DNA of 56,999 nt, counting the filler, from Dimargaris cristalligena (taxonomy: Eukaryota), in the NCBI GenBank assembly GCA_003614675.1. It is 2 parts of 2 records of this genome, joined end to end, with 100 filler letters (N's around TTAATTAATTAA, not from the genome) between each part and the next. Parts side by side here need not be neighbours in the genome. Positions count along the whole stretch, not along the records: positions 1 to 28,588 come from ML002500.1; 1 more part is not named here. One strand, 5' to 3'. A model generated the notes under the pieces. That model was given only the letters and a program-made list of their open reading frames with translations. It ran no database searches and had not been told where the DNA came from. Below are positions 1-12,355 of this stretch, piece by piece (position 1 is the first letter of the stretch; each line of letters begins with the position of its first letter). The translations under genes were made by a program, and so were the position numbers.

Positions 1-1319
1 TCCCTTCTTATTATCTATCTTTTCAAATAAAGTTCAGTTTTCAAGGATTTGATTTTAGTTCTTTACACTCCCTATAAAAACTATATAGATATATCTAAAA
101 GCATACCCTATCAAACTAGTAAATATGTCTATTTTATTTTATACTACTATTATTATCATATTTTATTTGGTTATTAGTAATATACACCACCCTAAATATA
201 GCCTGGTGGATTATACTAATAAGCCACCAATAATATAAATTCTAATACACTCCAATTTACCACTTTCATATAAATGATGATAGATAAAATCCCATAGAGT
301 GTGTCATAGGTAATAATCACAGATATAATTAAATGGCTATGCCTTAGACAAGTTTATAAGAGATAACACACAAGAAGTTGATGTGAAGGGTGCTTTATAG
401 ATGATAATAAGGGGGATATCCAATAGATTGAGTTAACTATAAAAGGGGTTATAGAATAAATGGTAATTAACTAAAGAATACCTATAGGAATTGGCTTGGC
501 TTTATATAGCTAAGCAGACTAATGATAAAGGCATCAAACCAGTATAGAAGATACTGGAAGACACTACTATATAGTAATATATCAGGTAACTCATAATAGA
601 TGGTAGATAATGAAGGGGATATATAGAATAGGTGAATTGAGTGGCAGGAATGGCTGAAGGACACTGATCCTTCAACAAGGCCAAATTCCCATGCCTCATT
701 GATAGAACTAGGCAATGATGGTACCTAGTCCTTCATAGTTAGTTGGCTTTAATCCTATGGATTATTAAGCATGACAGAGTGGTATGCTATTATAATACCA
801 GTAAAATTAAAAATAATACTTCAAAAAGGGTATCTCTTGTTGATATACTAAAAAGTGTATTATTACCCTAAAATTGGTGATCCTGTGGGCCTTAATTATA
901 TTATGATAAATGTATGAATGCTATTAATGGGTGGTTATTTTTCAATGGGGCTCTCCTAATAGGGAGGGCCTAACCTATCACCTATAGATGATTAGTATAC
1001 TGATGACATGGGTGTTGGGTGGGCCTTTACATTCTATTAATATAGGTGAAATTCAAACCAGCTGTATAAGGTTTTACATAATACATGTATATATGAATAT
1101 ATGTGAGAATACCTTTTAACCAGTAATATTGGCCTTATCCAATGTATTTTTTGTTATACAGCTTGAATGAACTTCTCCCATATGTTGCAGTCATTGGGAT
1201 GTGACAAAGGTAACATTGATGTGAGTAATCCACCCTCTCCCTATGTGGATTCTTCCAAACATGGGTCCACTTGGTTATTATTTTGAGAATGGGTACCACA
1301 GGGAGATATCACCTGACTT
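1..1319. other. AT-rich, completely CpG-free block (degenerate repeat / TE relic)
   Basis: Line-by-line reading finds no CG dinucleotide before 1320-1321, although CC, GG, TG and CA are common. No credible ORF. Contains segments similar to 27800-28190 and 51567-51640. Confidence 0.75.
375..770 (+). repeat. Dispersed repeat, copy A (paralog of ~27805-28190)
   Basis: Collinear matches by eye, e.g. GGGTGCTTTATAGAT, GAGTTAACTA(A)TAAAAGGGG, TAACTAAAGAA..CTATAGGAATT..TGGCTTTATATAGCT, GAACTAGG..ATGGTACCT. Boundaries approximate. Confidence 0.8.
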
Positions 1320-1945
1320 CGACACTTGCATGGGCTCAGTGGGACACTTAATTAGGAATTGGATATATAATGGTGGATATTGCGAGCCTGCTTTATAAAA
1401 AATGGATCCAGAGCCCATTAGAGTACAGAAAAGGAAAGGGGAGGGGAGGGTGGAAGTCGAGTAAAAAGGGGTGATCCAACGCTCTTATAACCCAACTAGT
1501 ACGGAAACCAGTCGAACTGTCAACAGTGTCGGTGAGACTGCCCATCCTCCCATTCCCCAAGGCCATAAAAGACCAGTTGGCCAGATGGCTTGTATAAATA
1601 CAGGTACAACGAGATGTTCGGCTACCTCCCTTTATTTTTCTCGATTATTTAGTAATCAAATGCCCATTTTTTACTATCGGAGATTTTCATATAACACATA
1701 CATAAATATTTATCTACCTTACAATTGCCACAGTTACCTTCTATTTAGAAGCACCATTCTCCTCGCACTAATTGAGTTATCCTCACTGCTACCACAATCC
1801 TGTTGCGTATATTAAGATAGGCTTAACTACACGAATTGGCCTACTAGTGCTGCTACTAGGCGGAGGTATCCCACGTTCAGCCGCCGGGGCGACTTCTTAC
1901 CACCATGGACCTCCACCGGTTGACTCTGACTACGGCACACACCCG

Positions 1946-2166
1946 ATGGGTCTAGACTCCACGATTGTCGATTTCCCCCCACAACAAAGTTTGTCGTCTT
2001 CGTCGTCGCCGTCACCGCCCCAGTTGGTGCCATTGGCATCGCCGCCGTTACCTTGGGCTCCCCAACCTGGGGCCATCTGGACCAGTTCGAAAGGAGATAC
2101 GGAGATGGTAAAGGGAGGCATGGGTATCAGCTCCCTCCGCAACGGACCTGGCCCAACAACGTTCGG

Positions 2167-2216
<50 letters not shown>

Positions 2217-2563
2217 TAGTATATCCAATGAACCCTACTCGGGGTTCCTACCCACCATTGGTACGAATGTCCATCCACCACCTCTTATTTCGACACCCGT
2301 TCCTTCGTGTTCCGGCCAAGTCAATGAACAATCAGCAGCCCCCCCCCCCTCCCCCCGCTTCCCAAGGAAAACTAGTGTACCACTATCCCTTGTGTACCCG
2401 ACAGTTCGACAGCAACTATGCCCTTAATAATCATCGCCAGATACATTATAGAGGCGGAGGTGAAACCTGTAAAGGATGCCGGGGCCTCTATCCCAACCGT
2501 GATATGAAGAACCACCAGAATGGTCTCTGCGTCTACCGCTCTCCCTATTCTCTTTACAATTGA
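1946..2563 (+). CDS. Small orphan protein with C-terminal degenerate C2H2-type zinc fingers and poly-Ser/poly-Pro tracts
   Basis: First in-frame ATG of ORF 1772..2563 is at 1946. The C-terminus YHYPLCTRQFDSNYALNNHRQIH..CKGC..MKNHQNGLC has zinc-finger spacing, with the first Cys replaced by Tyr. Start uncertain. Confidence 0.5.
2168..2215 (+). repeat. (AGT)n microsatellite encoding poly-Ser
   Basis: Direct read of tandem AGT units. Confidence 0.95.
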
Positions 2564-3924
2564 TCTCACAGTTCTAATTCTGACTTCCTCTCACGACCAC
2601 AACCATTCTCCTACGGCCGGTTCGGTTGTTAACCAGCCCAACCATAAACCCGAAGGTGCTCAATTCAAAGACCGCCAACCGGGGGTCGTTGGCCACTCCA
2701 GGCTTAATCCTATCGAAAAAGAAGAAGAGAAAATCAGAAGGTTAATCATTTATATGTATATCGTATTACCGATATACTCTTGGATTCAACCTGGTCGTAT
2801 AAAATGTTCCTACTGGCATGTCCAATTTGATCCTGATGGTTCAAGAATTTTTACCATCAGTCCGTTTGGTTGAAATATTTCTAGCCACACGCATCCCGCA
2901 AAAAGGTATACCAACAGATGACTGTCCAACCCTTTTATGCCTTGTTTACTCTTAAAATTGCTGTTTCTTTTTATTGTTATTTTATATTCTTTGGCGATTT
3001 TTATGGTTCCAGGATCAGTTAGCCGCATTTCTTTAGCTATCATTTAATGGCTCTACCGATTAAACCACAATATATTGCGATAAGGGGCCAGTCCATACAA
3101 AGCGGAATAAGTGCTTTCTAACGTATGGCACTCATCTACAGAGATATCAATCTAGTGATTTCTTTTTTACACATTCATTTCAACCATCAGGCTAAAAGCC
3201 TTGAGTATCGAACAAAAAAAGCTACAGGTTTCTTAAGTGCCCAGAACGAGAAGAGGGAGGATTTATGTTATGCTATTCATTAAACGTGAGTTAGTAAACA
3301 ACGCACACATACATTCCAATCGAAGAAGAAAAAATATCACCGACTGGGTTGGAGATCTTTTCTCTAAAAAAATGAAGTTTGAAAATAAAATAATTTGGAA
3401 AGAGGCCGTTTCTTCCCTTCTAAATAATAAATAAAGTCAGAATCTCGCAGATAGCAAAAACCGGGCGGTAAAACGAGATATTATTGGGGTAACCGTGAAT
3501 AATAATGAAAAAAAAAAGTAATGTGAAAGAGAGTAATTGGAAAAGCTATACCAGGTTTAAATATAGTATTGGAGAATATAGAGGAATCGATGTTGAAGTA
3601 AATAATAATCAAAAAGGGGGAAGGAGAGGAGAGAAGGAACAATTTTACAGGGTAAATTGAAAAAAGAAAGATTAAGCTAATAAACAGGCCGTGTAGTATG
3701 AGTGTGTAGAAGGGAGGGAAGGGGGAAGAGTGGAAGATTCCATAATTAGATCGAACATATAGGTAGTGAATAAAAGAGAGGGAGTGCTAACTTAATGAAT
3801 ATAGAGCAAAAGGGTATATATGAAGCAGAGAAGTCAAGGTCTAATACGGGAAGGATAAGCCTCGCCATTCTCCGTATTATATAATTCAAAAATTACGGGA
3901 AGCAGGAAGCACGACCGAGCTACG

Positions 3925-6900
3925 TTACGCATCAGCCGAAGTAGGGCTTAATGAAATAACCGGTTCATTTGAATCACCGGCATTATTCTTATCGACGGAT
4001 TCCGATTTCACAGCATCGTCCGTCATCGGTTCGCTTAATGGAGGAGGAAAAGCAGTGAGGGGCGGCGACTGAGCCTCGGCCTGAGTGGGTGTCTGGGTCG
4101 GAGGAAGCGGCGAAGTGGCGGATTGGGCAGTGGTGGTAATAGTAGCTGTTGCCTGTACATGGGCCGGTGGAGCTGCCATTGGTGGAAGCAGTGACTGAGC
4201 ATCACCGAAATGGGATAGGAAGTCCGGGTGTTGTTGTTGATGTTGATGTTGTCCAGCAGCTATACTCATATTCATATTCATGTCCATACCCATATCGATG
4301 TCCATTTCCATATCCATCGACATCGGATCGTGATGAGGGTCCGTAAAGTCCAGCCCTAGGTCAGCTATACCCCCACGGGGACGATCCGGGGAGAGACAGA
4401 ACGAATCCGAGATGACTCCACCCCCGCCGAGACGGGTTCCATGGAGTCCGTTGATTCCTAACCCAATGTCACTGCGGCCGCTTCCACCCAAGTTTTCCGA
4501 ATGGGGATGGCGGGGCGGTGAAATCAAATGGTCGCCGGCTACGAGCATACCGTTGCTTTCATCGATATCTTCAATATCACCATTGTAAAAATGACCACCG
4601 TTAGTAGCAATCCGGCCGGCCCGATAACCGTTTAGCGAATCACCACCCATGAGGTCCAGTGCCGAGGTAGAATGCGGGGGCGACAGGCGCCCACTTTCCC
4701 CCATTAAGCGACGGGAACTGACTTCCTCAAGTCCCGGTGGGGTCAGTCGAGAGGAGGGTAATGGAGTTGAGAGAGATCCACGTCCGACTCCTTCGCCGAC
4801 ACCCGCCATAACATGGGCCGGGGCCGTCGTTTTAGCCAAGAGAGTTGATTCATCGTCACCATCCTCATCGACATCTTGGAAAATCTCTTCTTCGTCATCC
4901 TCCTCATGACCGTCGATACCAGTGTGGGGTAAGTTTTCATCGACATTCCCGTCGCCGTTCGGTGGGTCGTCGACGACCATGATTTCACCGAACGCGTACG
5001 GAACGCCCAGTCGCACCGCACATACCGGACACTGGTACTGATCCAACCGACATGCGTCCAGGACGGGTACATGCACACACTCCAGGTGAAACCATTGCCG
5101 ACAGGTATCGCACGCGATCATGGCCTGCTGGGGGTCGAACGGTTGTTGACATAGACAATATAGTGCCGAACCGTCAAAGAGTTTCTGGCCAATGGGAATT
5201 CGGTGGGGGCCGGCGATGACAGTGGGTCCCTCGAATGGCGCAGCGGCTCCATCCTGGAAACCATTCCCGCCCCCCACACCACCTACATCATGACCATTAC
5301 CACCACCGGGGATCGAAAAACCGGCATGGGTTTCAAGACCCACCGTTCCCGGTGACGTGGAGGTGGGTGGTGGTGAAGCCAGCGCGGACCGTGACGGGAA
5401 GGTGGACGATGACGATGGTAGGCCACCCCGAATATTCTGTTGTTGGCGGCGCTCGTTGTCCAGCTGTTGTTTAATGCGAGGGCGCTCTTTGGATAATTCG
5501 GTTTGGATCCATTCACGGGCTAACCGGTCGTCCGGACGAACCGCTAGACGTAGGTACATGGTCAATTTACGCAGGTCGGCCTCTTCGTAGGGTAAGGACA
5601 CCTCTACTCCCTCACACCGCCGGATAAGGGCCTGGTAAAGTGCTAGTAAGCCTAATGGGGTAGGGGATTTCCGCCGGTCGGTACCCGCTGTCATTGAGTT
5701 GGTGGCCATGGACGATGCAGAAGGGGAAGCAGATGCAGACGATGAGGGGGACGTAGCCGACGTACCCGCATGGTAGGAAGGGTGTGGTCGCGATAGCTGT
5801 GAAGGCGGTGGCGGTGGCGGTGGGGCCAAGTGGGCCGCCCCACCCACGGTCTTACCCCCGGTGGATGGTCTCGTTCCCTTCATACCGGGAATATCGATTA
5901 ATTTCTGCAGCTCCAGGGCCTGCAAGACGGCGCTGCGGAACCTCGACATGTCCAAGATGATAGTGACGAGGGGGTCCAGTTCCTGGGTCACAAAAGGCAG
6001 CTTCTCGCCCTCCTGAGCGTGGGCAATGAGGGTTTCGAGGGAGGGTCGTTTGGTGGGGTGGGGCATATCGACGTGGGCGGGGTCACAAATGGGGCACACA
6101 AAGTATGATAGGGCTTTGGTTTCGCGGCGGGAGATTTTGAGGCAACCACCGTGGTACCACTCGTGGCAAATATCACACTCGACCATGAACCCCTGTTCGG
6201 GCTGACGGCAGACACAGTACAAGGACGACGACGAAGAGCCGGCCGAGTCCCGGCGCCGGCGGTGTTCGGCGGAAAACGACTCATTGGGGTGCTGGTGGGG
6301 GTTGTATTCCGTTAGGGACGAGAGGAGGGGACGCGGTTTGCCCGTCGCCGAGCGGGACAGGAATTCGTTCGTCTCCGCCGCGCCGGCGGTCCCCAGGGTA
6401 TAGGCCAAACTTAGGGCCGGCGGGCTATGAGTACACCGCTTAACCGCCTCTTCCACTTCCAATAGCATTTCCACCCATTTTTTGGGCATGTTGCCGCGCG
6501 CGAAGAGTTTCTTACCGCGCAGGATCCACGAGTCAATCTGGGCCAAATCGTCCTTCAGCTCACCAATGACGGGGGGCCGAAAAGCCGGTGGGTTGAGGTA
6601 GAGTTGGTCAAACTGTTCCAGTAGGGACCGGAGACTGGCCATGAGGGGGCGCTTGGTCACGTCGCGGTGTTTCGTGCGGGCCACGGCCGAATTGGCTTCG
6701 GCAAGGAGATGGCTGAACTCTTTGCCCATGTGTTGGATCTTGGTGTAGACGGGGGGTTCGAAGGGGAGGAGGTGGAACCCGTCGCGTAAAATTCCCTGCA
6801 CCTCTTCGAGGGTCACTTCGGTTTTATCGAGGAACTCCTGGGCCCGATCGCCCCACTGTTGGCCTAGGCTGCGGACCTGGAGCAGGGCCACAAAGAGACA

Positions 6901-9900
6901 ATTGTCGCTCTGGATATGCCCCTCCACTGCCTCCTCCAGCAAACCGATAAACTCGTCAAAGGAAAGTTTGTCCGGAAACTCAAACCAGGAGGCGGTCAGT
7001 GTGGTGGGATCAGCGTGGAGGGCGGAAGCGGCCCGGGTGAAGGCGGTCTGGGCCCGCAGCGACCACTGGAGCCCCCCTAGGTAGCCCCGCAATTCCGCGA
7101 GTTCCGGAACGTACACAGGAAGGGCGAGACCGCGTTCGATAATGCGGTCCAATGCGGCGACGGTATTCCGGAGCACTTCAAGTCGGTGGGGGTCCCCCAC
7201 TTTGGCGAGGGTGAAGGTGGGTGGACTGGGCTGGAACAGGTAGAGGTCGCCTAAGCGGACGAGAAAGGACTGCAATTCGTGGTGGTAGTCGAGGACGCGT
7301 TGCCTCAGTTCCCGTAGAAGGTGGATTTCGGGCGCGTCGAACGCAAGGTTTTCAGCTCGGGTGAGGAGCTCATCTAGTCGGTTGAGGGATTGGGTGGCGG
7401 GAGCTGGGGTGGTTGGCTTAGACCCCTGGGCGGCTGGGATGAACGACCGGGCCAGTTCCAACAGAGCGGGGTCATCGGACATGGCAGCAACGGTGGATTG
7501 GAAACGGGGGGGCTCCGCATCCACCATGGGCGCGAAGGGCACGCGGTAGAGTGCGAGATAAACGGCAGGAGTTAGACGGTGAGGGGCGGCCGCGGTAGGG
7601 GAAGACGATGCTGAAGGAGAGGAGAGGGATGGGTAAACGGAGGCAGAGGTGGTCGAATAAGGAACGGAAAAGGAGGGAGAATTCGAATGGGATGGAGGAG
7701 GAACAACAGAGGAAGGGGAATGGAAGGAGGACGCTTGCGTAGATTTGGCTTGGGGTTGGCTGGGGTACGGCAGGTGGTGGTGGTAATAAGAGGAGGAGGA
7801 GGACAAAGAGTAGTGCTGGGTAGAGGAGAGAAGGTGCTCCTCGTCTTCGGCGACTTCCACCTGCCGCCGCCCCTCACTTTCCCCATCCGTCGTGTCCTCT
7901 TCAATCATCTCACCACTATTACTATTACTAATAGTAGCAGTAGTTGCTTCACTTCTCCTACCCGCCGTTCTTCGTCTTCCGCTTCTTCTTTCCTCCCCCA
8001 CGATCACCTGATCGGCAGCTGCACCACCACTATTGGAAGGAGTTGCCGCAGCAGCAGTCTCCACCACCCCCCGCCGCCTCTTAGTAGTGGGCTGGGCGCG
8101 TAGGTCGGTCGGGTAGCGTAACCGGAGAAACTGGTGGGCCTCCCGAACCCACGTCAGCACGCGACCCACGAATAGTTGAAGTACTCTAGCATCGTGAATG
8201 ACAGAAGGAATGAGGGCAGCCTCAACTAATAATTGGCACATTAGCAGTAAGTGGGGCTTGAAGGTAGCAATGGGGGTGTATGAAAGAGTGGGAACGACCA
8301 CCCCCCGCCGAACCCCACCGCCCCTCTCTGCCGCTGACGACGCAACTGATGGTGGTAGCGAGGGCGAGGGTGAGCGGGTTGCCGACGCCGTCAAGAGGGC
8401 CGTCGGGCTGGTAGGGGCGGTGGTGGTAGTAGTGGAGAGTGAAGGTGAAAAACTACCAGAAAGCATAAGTTGTCGAAATCTACGCACCCATTTTTTGGAC
8501 ACTGTGGCCAGGGAAACGATCTTGTCGGTGAGTTCACAGAGTTGGTGGTCCGAGTAGCGGAGCTCCACGTGTCGAGCCGAGGGGGGACAGTCGCAGAGCT
8601 AGTGCGGGCGGGATAAACATAGAATACATTCATAATTAGTTAGTTAGTCCAGACGACGGCGGTTCCTTTCTCACCAGTGTGCAAGTCACACAATATGGGG
8701 GGTATGCCTCTCTTGCTTTCTGCTAATGATTCCGTGTGAGGGGGAAGAAGTATGCTTTCCAAATCTATGGTAGGGAGGGGTAAAACTGCCCTATAATATA
8801 ATAATAATTACCAAATAGGTGGTGGAGGAGGAGGAGGTATACCACCAACTCCTCTCCCCACCAACTGGGAAAAACGATCCCCACACCCAGCCCAACTTAC
8901 CTGTTCCCAGTGCTGAAGGCAGCTGATGCGGGTGGTGCAGTTACAGGTCACCGCTGACAGGTAGGAAAAGGCCTTACAGTGGCAACACTGATTCTCCTCG
9001 TCCGGTGCGGGAAGCGCGGGCGGACGTTCTTCGTCCTTTCCGCTGCGGGCGACCGTACTAGACACTAACCCACGCTGCCGTACGGCGGCCCGGTCGAGAA
9101 GCTCCCGGTCACGTAGTTGGGTCATGTGGTGATGGAGCCTGTAATGATGGAGTATGGGGAGGGGAAGTGGACGTGAAGTCAAGTCAAGATGGAAGCACCG
9201 AAACAGAAGCAATCATAGACATGTAGGGAAAGAAGCTAGGCATTAGTCATGTATTCCTCTATGAGGGAGGGGGCATGGTACGAGCCAGTCAAATTACTCA
9301 GTATATCACACATCCCTCCTATCATTCGTCCTACGAAACCTCTATTGGAGGATCGTAACACGCAATCCTTAAAGGCTCCAAAGCAAATATTAATAATAAT
9401 AGCAGCATATAACTGCATTTCCCATTACTTACCATTCGGCTACTTCGGTAGACTGCGTATAACTGGCAATGGTCCAGAGCAGCTCGTCGTGGGAGAACAC
9501 CGGGAGTCGCTGGTATTCCTGGTACCGCCGAACACTATCCAGGCCGAAGGGCACCCAGTCGGGGGTAGCGAAATTGACCGCTTCGGCGAAGTTGAACCCG
9601 TGGTTGAAGCCCGCGTGATACGATTTGGGGAACGTCACCACAAACTGGCCCGGTCGCTGGTCCAGGGCGTACACGTCGACTCCGCTTTGCCGCAGCGTGC
9701 CTGGCGACAGCATCGTCACCAACTGGAACAGCAGATCCGGCTGCTGCTCGAACAACTCCGGCACCGCGCGCTGGATGGCCCGTTCGAATTGGTCGGCCGC
9801 CGCCCCGGGGATGCCGTACCACGTCTTGGTGTCCCCCCAGTGCATATAGTTGATGGAATAGGTATAATGGTCCTCGTTGTGCCAGCAAAACGTCGAGAAG

Positions 9901-11831
9901 CACATGCCCACGTAGAGCCAGGGGTTCATCATCCCAGAGATATCCGACTTGATGAAGGAAAACAGCGACTGCGGTAGAATGGGGATGACGTTGAGGTTCC
10001 ACGGGTCAAGGGAGTAGGGATCAAGGGGGTTGCGTTCCTTGGTGGGAAAAGCGCTGCCGTGCTGCATGGAGTGCAAATCAGCCCCGTATTCGACTTCGAC
10101 CGCTTCATAAGGGGATTCGACCAAGCGCCAGAATTCCGCCTCCACCACCTGCTCCGGGACTTTGCCCTCGACGAGCTCGTCGGTGGTGTCCCCCACCGCC
10201 GCCCCGGCGGGCGAGTCGAAATAGGAGGCAAACCAGTTCTTCTTGAAGGTGTTGCACTTCTTCTGGAACGCGTGGAGGGAGTACTCGCCTCCGTCTTCGA
10301 AACCAAAATCGCCGCCGGCCTGGAGGATACACTGGAGGCAGTACCAGTCCGTCCGGGGAACCTTGGAGAGTGGCGGATCGAGGCAGTAGAGATGGAAGCC
10401 GTGATCACAGCCGTCGCAGAGTAGCATTTGCTCCCCTTTTTCGGATGAATGGCAGATTTGACAGGAATCACTCTGAGCATCCGCCCCTTCGTCGGCATCG
10501 TCGTCTTCGTCTTTTTCAGCTGTCTCTTCGACCCCCTCGTTTGTTGCTTTCTTTGTCGGTTCTTCCACTTCCTCTACTTCTTTTTTTGGATCGGGTTTGA
10601 CGGGTGCGGGGAAGTGAATCCGAGGCCGACCGGGTCGCCGGGGAGTAGTGGTGGTGGTGGAGACGGCGGGAGTAGCGGTCTTCACTTTTGGTGGGGGGTG
10701 GGGGGGTAAAGCGGGCGACTTAGCACCCCCATGTTCGTCCCCTGGTGTGCCACCCACCTTACGGCGTTTGGACCGACGGGGTGTGATGGTATCGGTCGGC
10801 CCACCGGAGCTAGAGTGTAGGGTATCGCTGGTATCATTAGACCGCTCACTCATCACCGACAAGGCCGGACTACCGGGGCGGAGCTCGTCCTCACGTTTGG
10901 GAGTGACCGCAGTGAGGGGGGTAGTACCGGTTAGTGGCAGGGGTGGGGGTGGGGGCGGACTGAGAGGAACACCGTCCCGCCCATGGGAGTGACTGGCCAA
11001 GTCGCGCCGGGGAGTGGTGCTGCTGCTAGTAGTGGTAGCAGCTGTGGCGGTAGTGGGGGGTTGGCCTGGGGTGGTCGGCTCGGTTTTCTTGACCTTGGCC
11101 AGATAGAGTTCGTAGGGCAAGACGATGTTGGTGTAGGCCTTTTTAAGGGAATTGGACAGGGAAGTACACGAGGCGCGGTGGTAGTTGAGAACGCGCCCGA
11201 TTTCGGCCCATTTCTTGGCGGCGGTGACTTTGAGGTACCCGCCCCGTTGATCGACCTCTTTTTTCAGACTGTAGAGATCGATGGGCTTTTTAGCCAATTG
11301 GGGTACCTTCATGCCCGGATTCCCTTGTTGGGCGTGGAACTTGTAAAGTTGCTCCAGGTAATTGAGATTGGCGCGGGTTTTACCCTCGAGGGAATTGAGC
11401 TGTTGTTTGCGGGTGTGGAAGCGGAACACTTCCGTGTCTAACGCGAATGTCGGGGCCCACTGGGCGGGCGGGATGATTTTGCAGAGGCCAGCGTGTTCGG
11501 CCAGTGGGCGGATTTTCTCAATGTACTGCAGGGGATTGGCAAACTCCTCGGGGGTGGGGTAGAAGACGGGGGCTTCGGGGAGTCCGAAATGGCGATTCCG
11601 TGGGGTGGTTGGTGGCGGAGGGGAGGAAGCGGAGGCGGAACCGAGGGGGGAAGTGGTCTGGTGGGAAGGAGGGTCCTTGGGAGTAGTGCTGGCCGGCGGG
11701 GGAGGGGGCGTGGAGGAGGCCGGGGAGGCTCGTTCCTGGTAAGGGGTCCGAACGGAGCGCATGTCTAGCCGGGGGGCCCTGGGCGGGCCGTCGGCGACCA
11801 GAGGCGTGGGACCAACGTGGACCTTTTTCAT
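3925..11831 (-). CDS. KDM5: KDM5/JARID1-family histone H3K4 demethylase (JmjN-ARID-PHD-JmjC-C5HC2-PLU1-PHD-PHD), ~2436 aa; exons 11831-9433, 9138-8901, 8598-3925
   Basis: JmjN (EAPVFYPTPEEFANPLQYI), ARID (IDLYSLKKEV..GGY..KKWAEIG), PHD (CQIC..LLCDGCDHGFHLYC), JmjC with intact Fe ligands (WHNEDH...YHAGFNHG), C5HC2 finger (QCCHCK..CNC..SCLQH..LCDC) and two further PHDs (LYCVC..CDICHEWYHGGC; LYCLC..CDTCRQWFHLEC). GTAAGT..AG introns join the three ORFs in frame. Confidence 0.95.
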
Positions 11832-12299
11832 GGGGGTGGGTCAATGTGTAGATTAGAGATGGAAGAAAGGCGTACGCACTGGTTGGTGAATCGCAGGAAC
11901 CGAAGTGGACGAGTACCAAGGGTTTATAGCACGCGATAGTGGATAAGAAGAGGGACGTGAGTGAAACGGCAGAGAGGGAAAGGGATAGAGCGAACGGCTT
12001 AGCCGAACTGGATGCGACTATTAGGGCTAGCTAGAGCAGCCAGCGGTATTAAAGAGGCAAATATATATATATATATATAGATAGATAGATAGACAGCGGT
12101 GAAGTAGGGCAAGGAAAGTCACGTCGTACGTGGAATATAAAAAACCAGCGGTACTGAGAAATATTTTTTGGGTTTGAGTGAATGGACCAGAAGAGAGTAT
12201 AAGGAAATGGTCCGCGCCCAGGTAATAAGGAGGCGGGAAGCTCCAATAGCCGAAAAAAAGCGAGAGAGGGGAAATAGTCGGGTGGGAGAATAGAAGGAA

Positions 12300-12319
12300 G
12301 TGTGTGTGTGTGTGTGTAT

Positions 12320-12349
<30 letters not shown>
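12300..12349. repeat. (GT)n/(AG)n microsatellites upstream of KDM5
   Basis: Direct read. Confidence 0.9.

Positions 12350-12355
<6 letters not shown>

Noticed and set aside
4149-11919. Many overlapping antisense/alternative-frame ORFs across KDM5 (also across ATG22, the hydrophilin and cystinosin)
   Set aside because: Shadow ORFs of GC-rich coding sequence with no motifs; the main frames explain the sequence.
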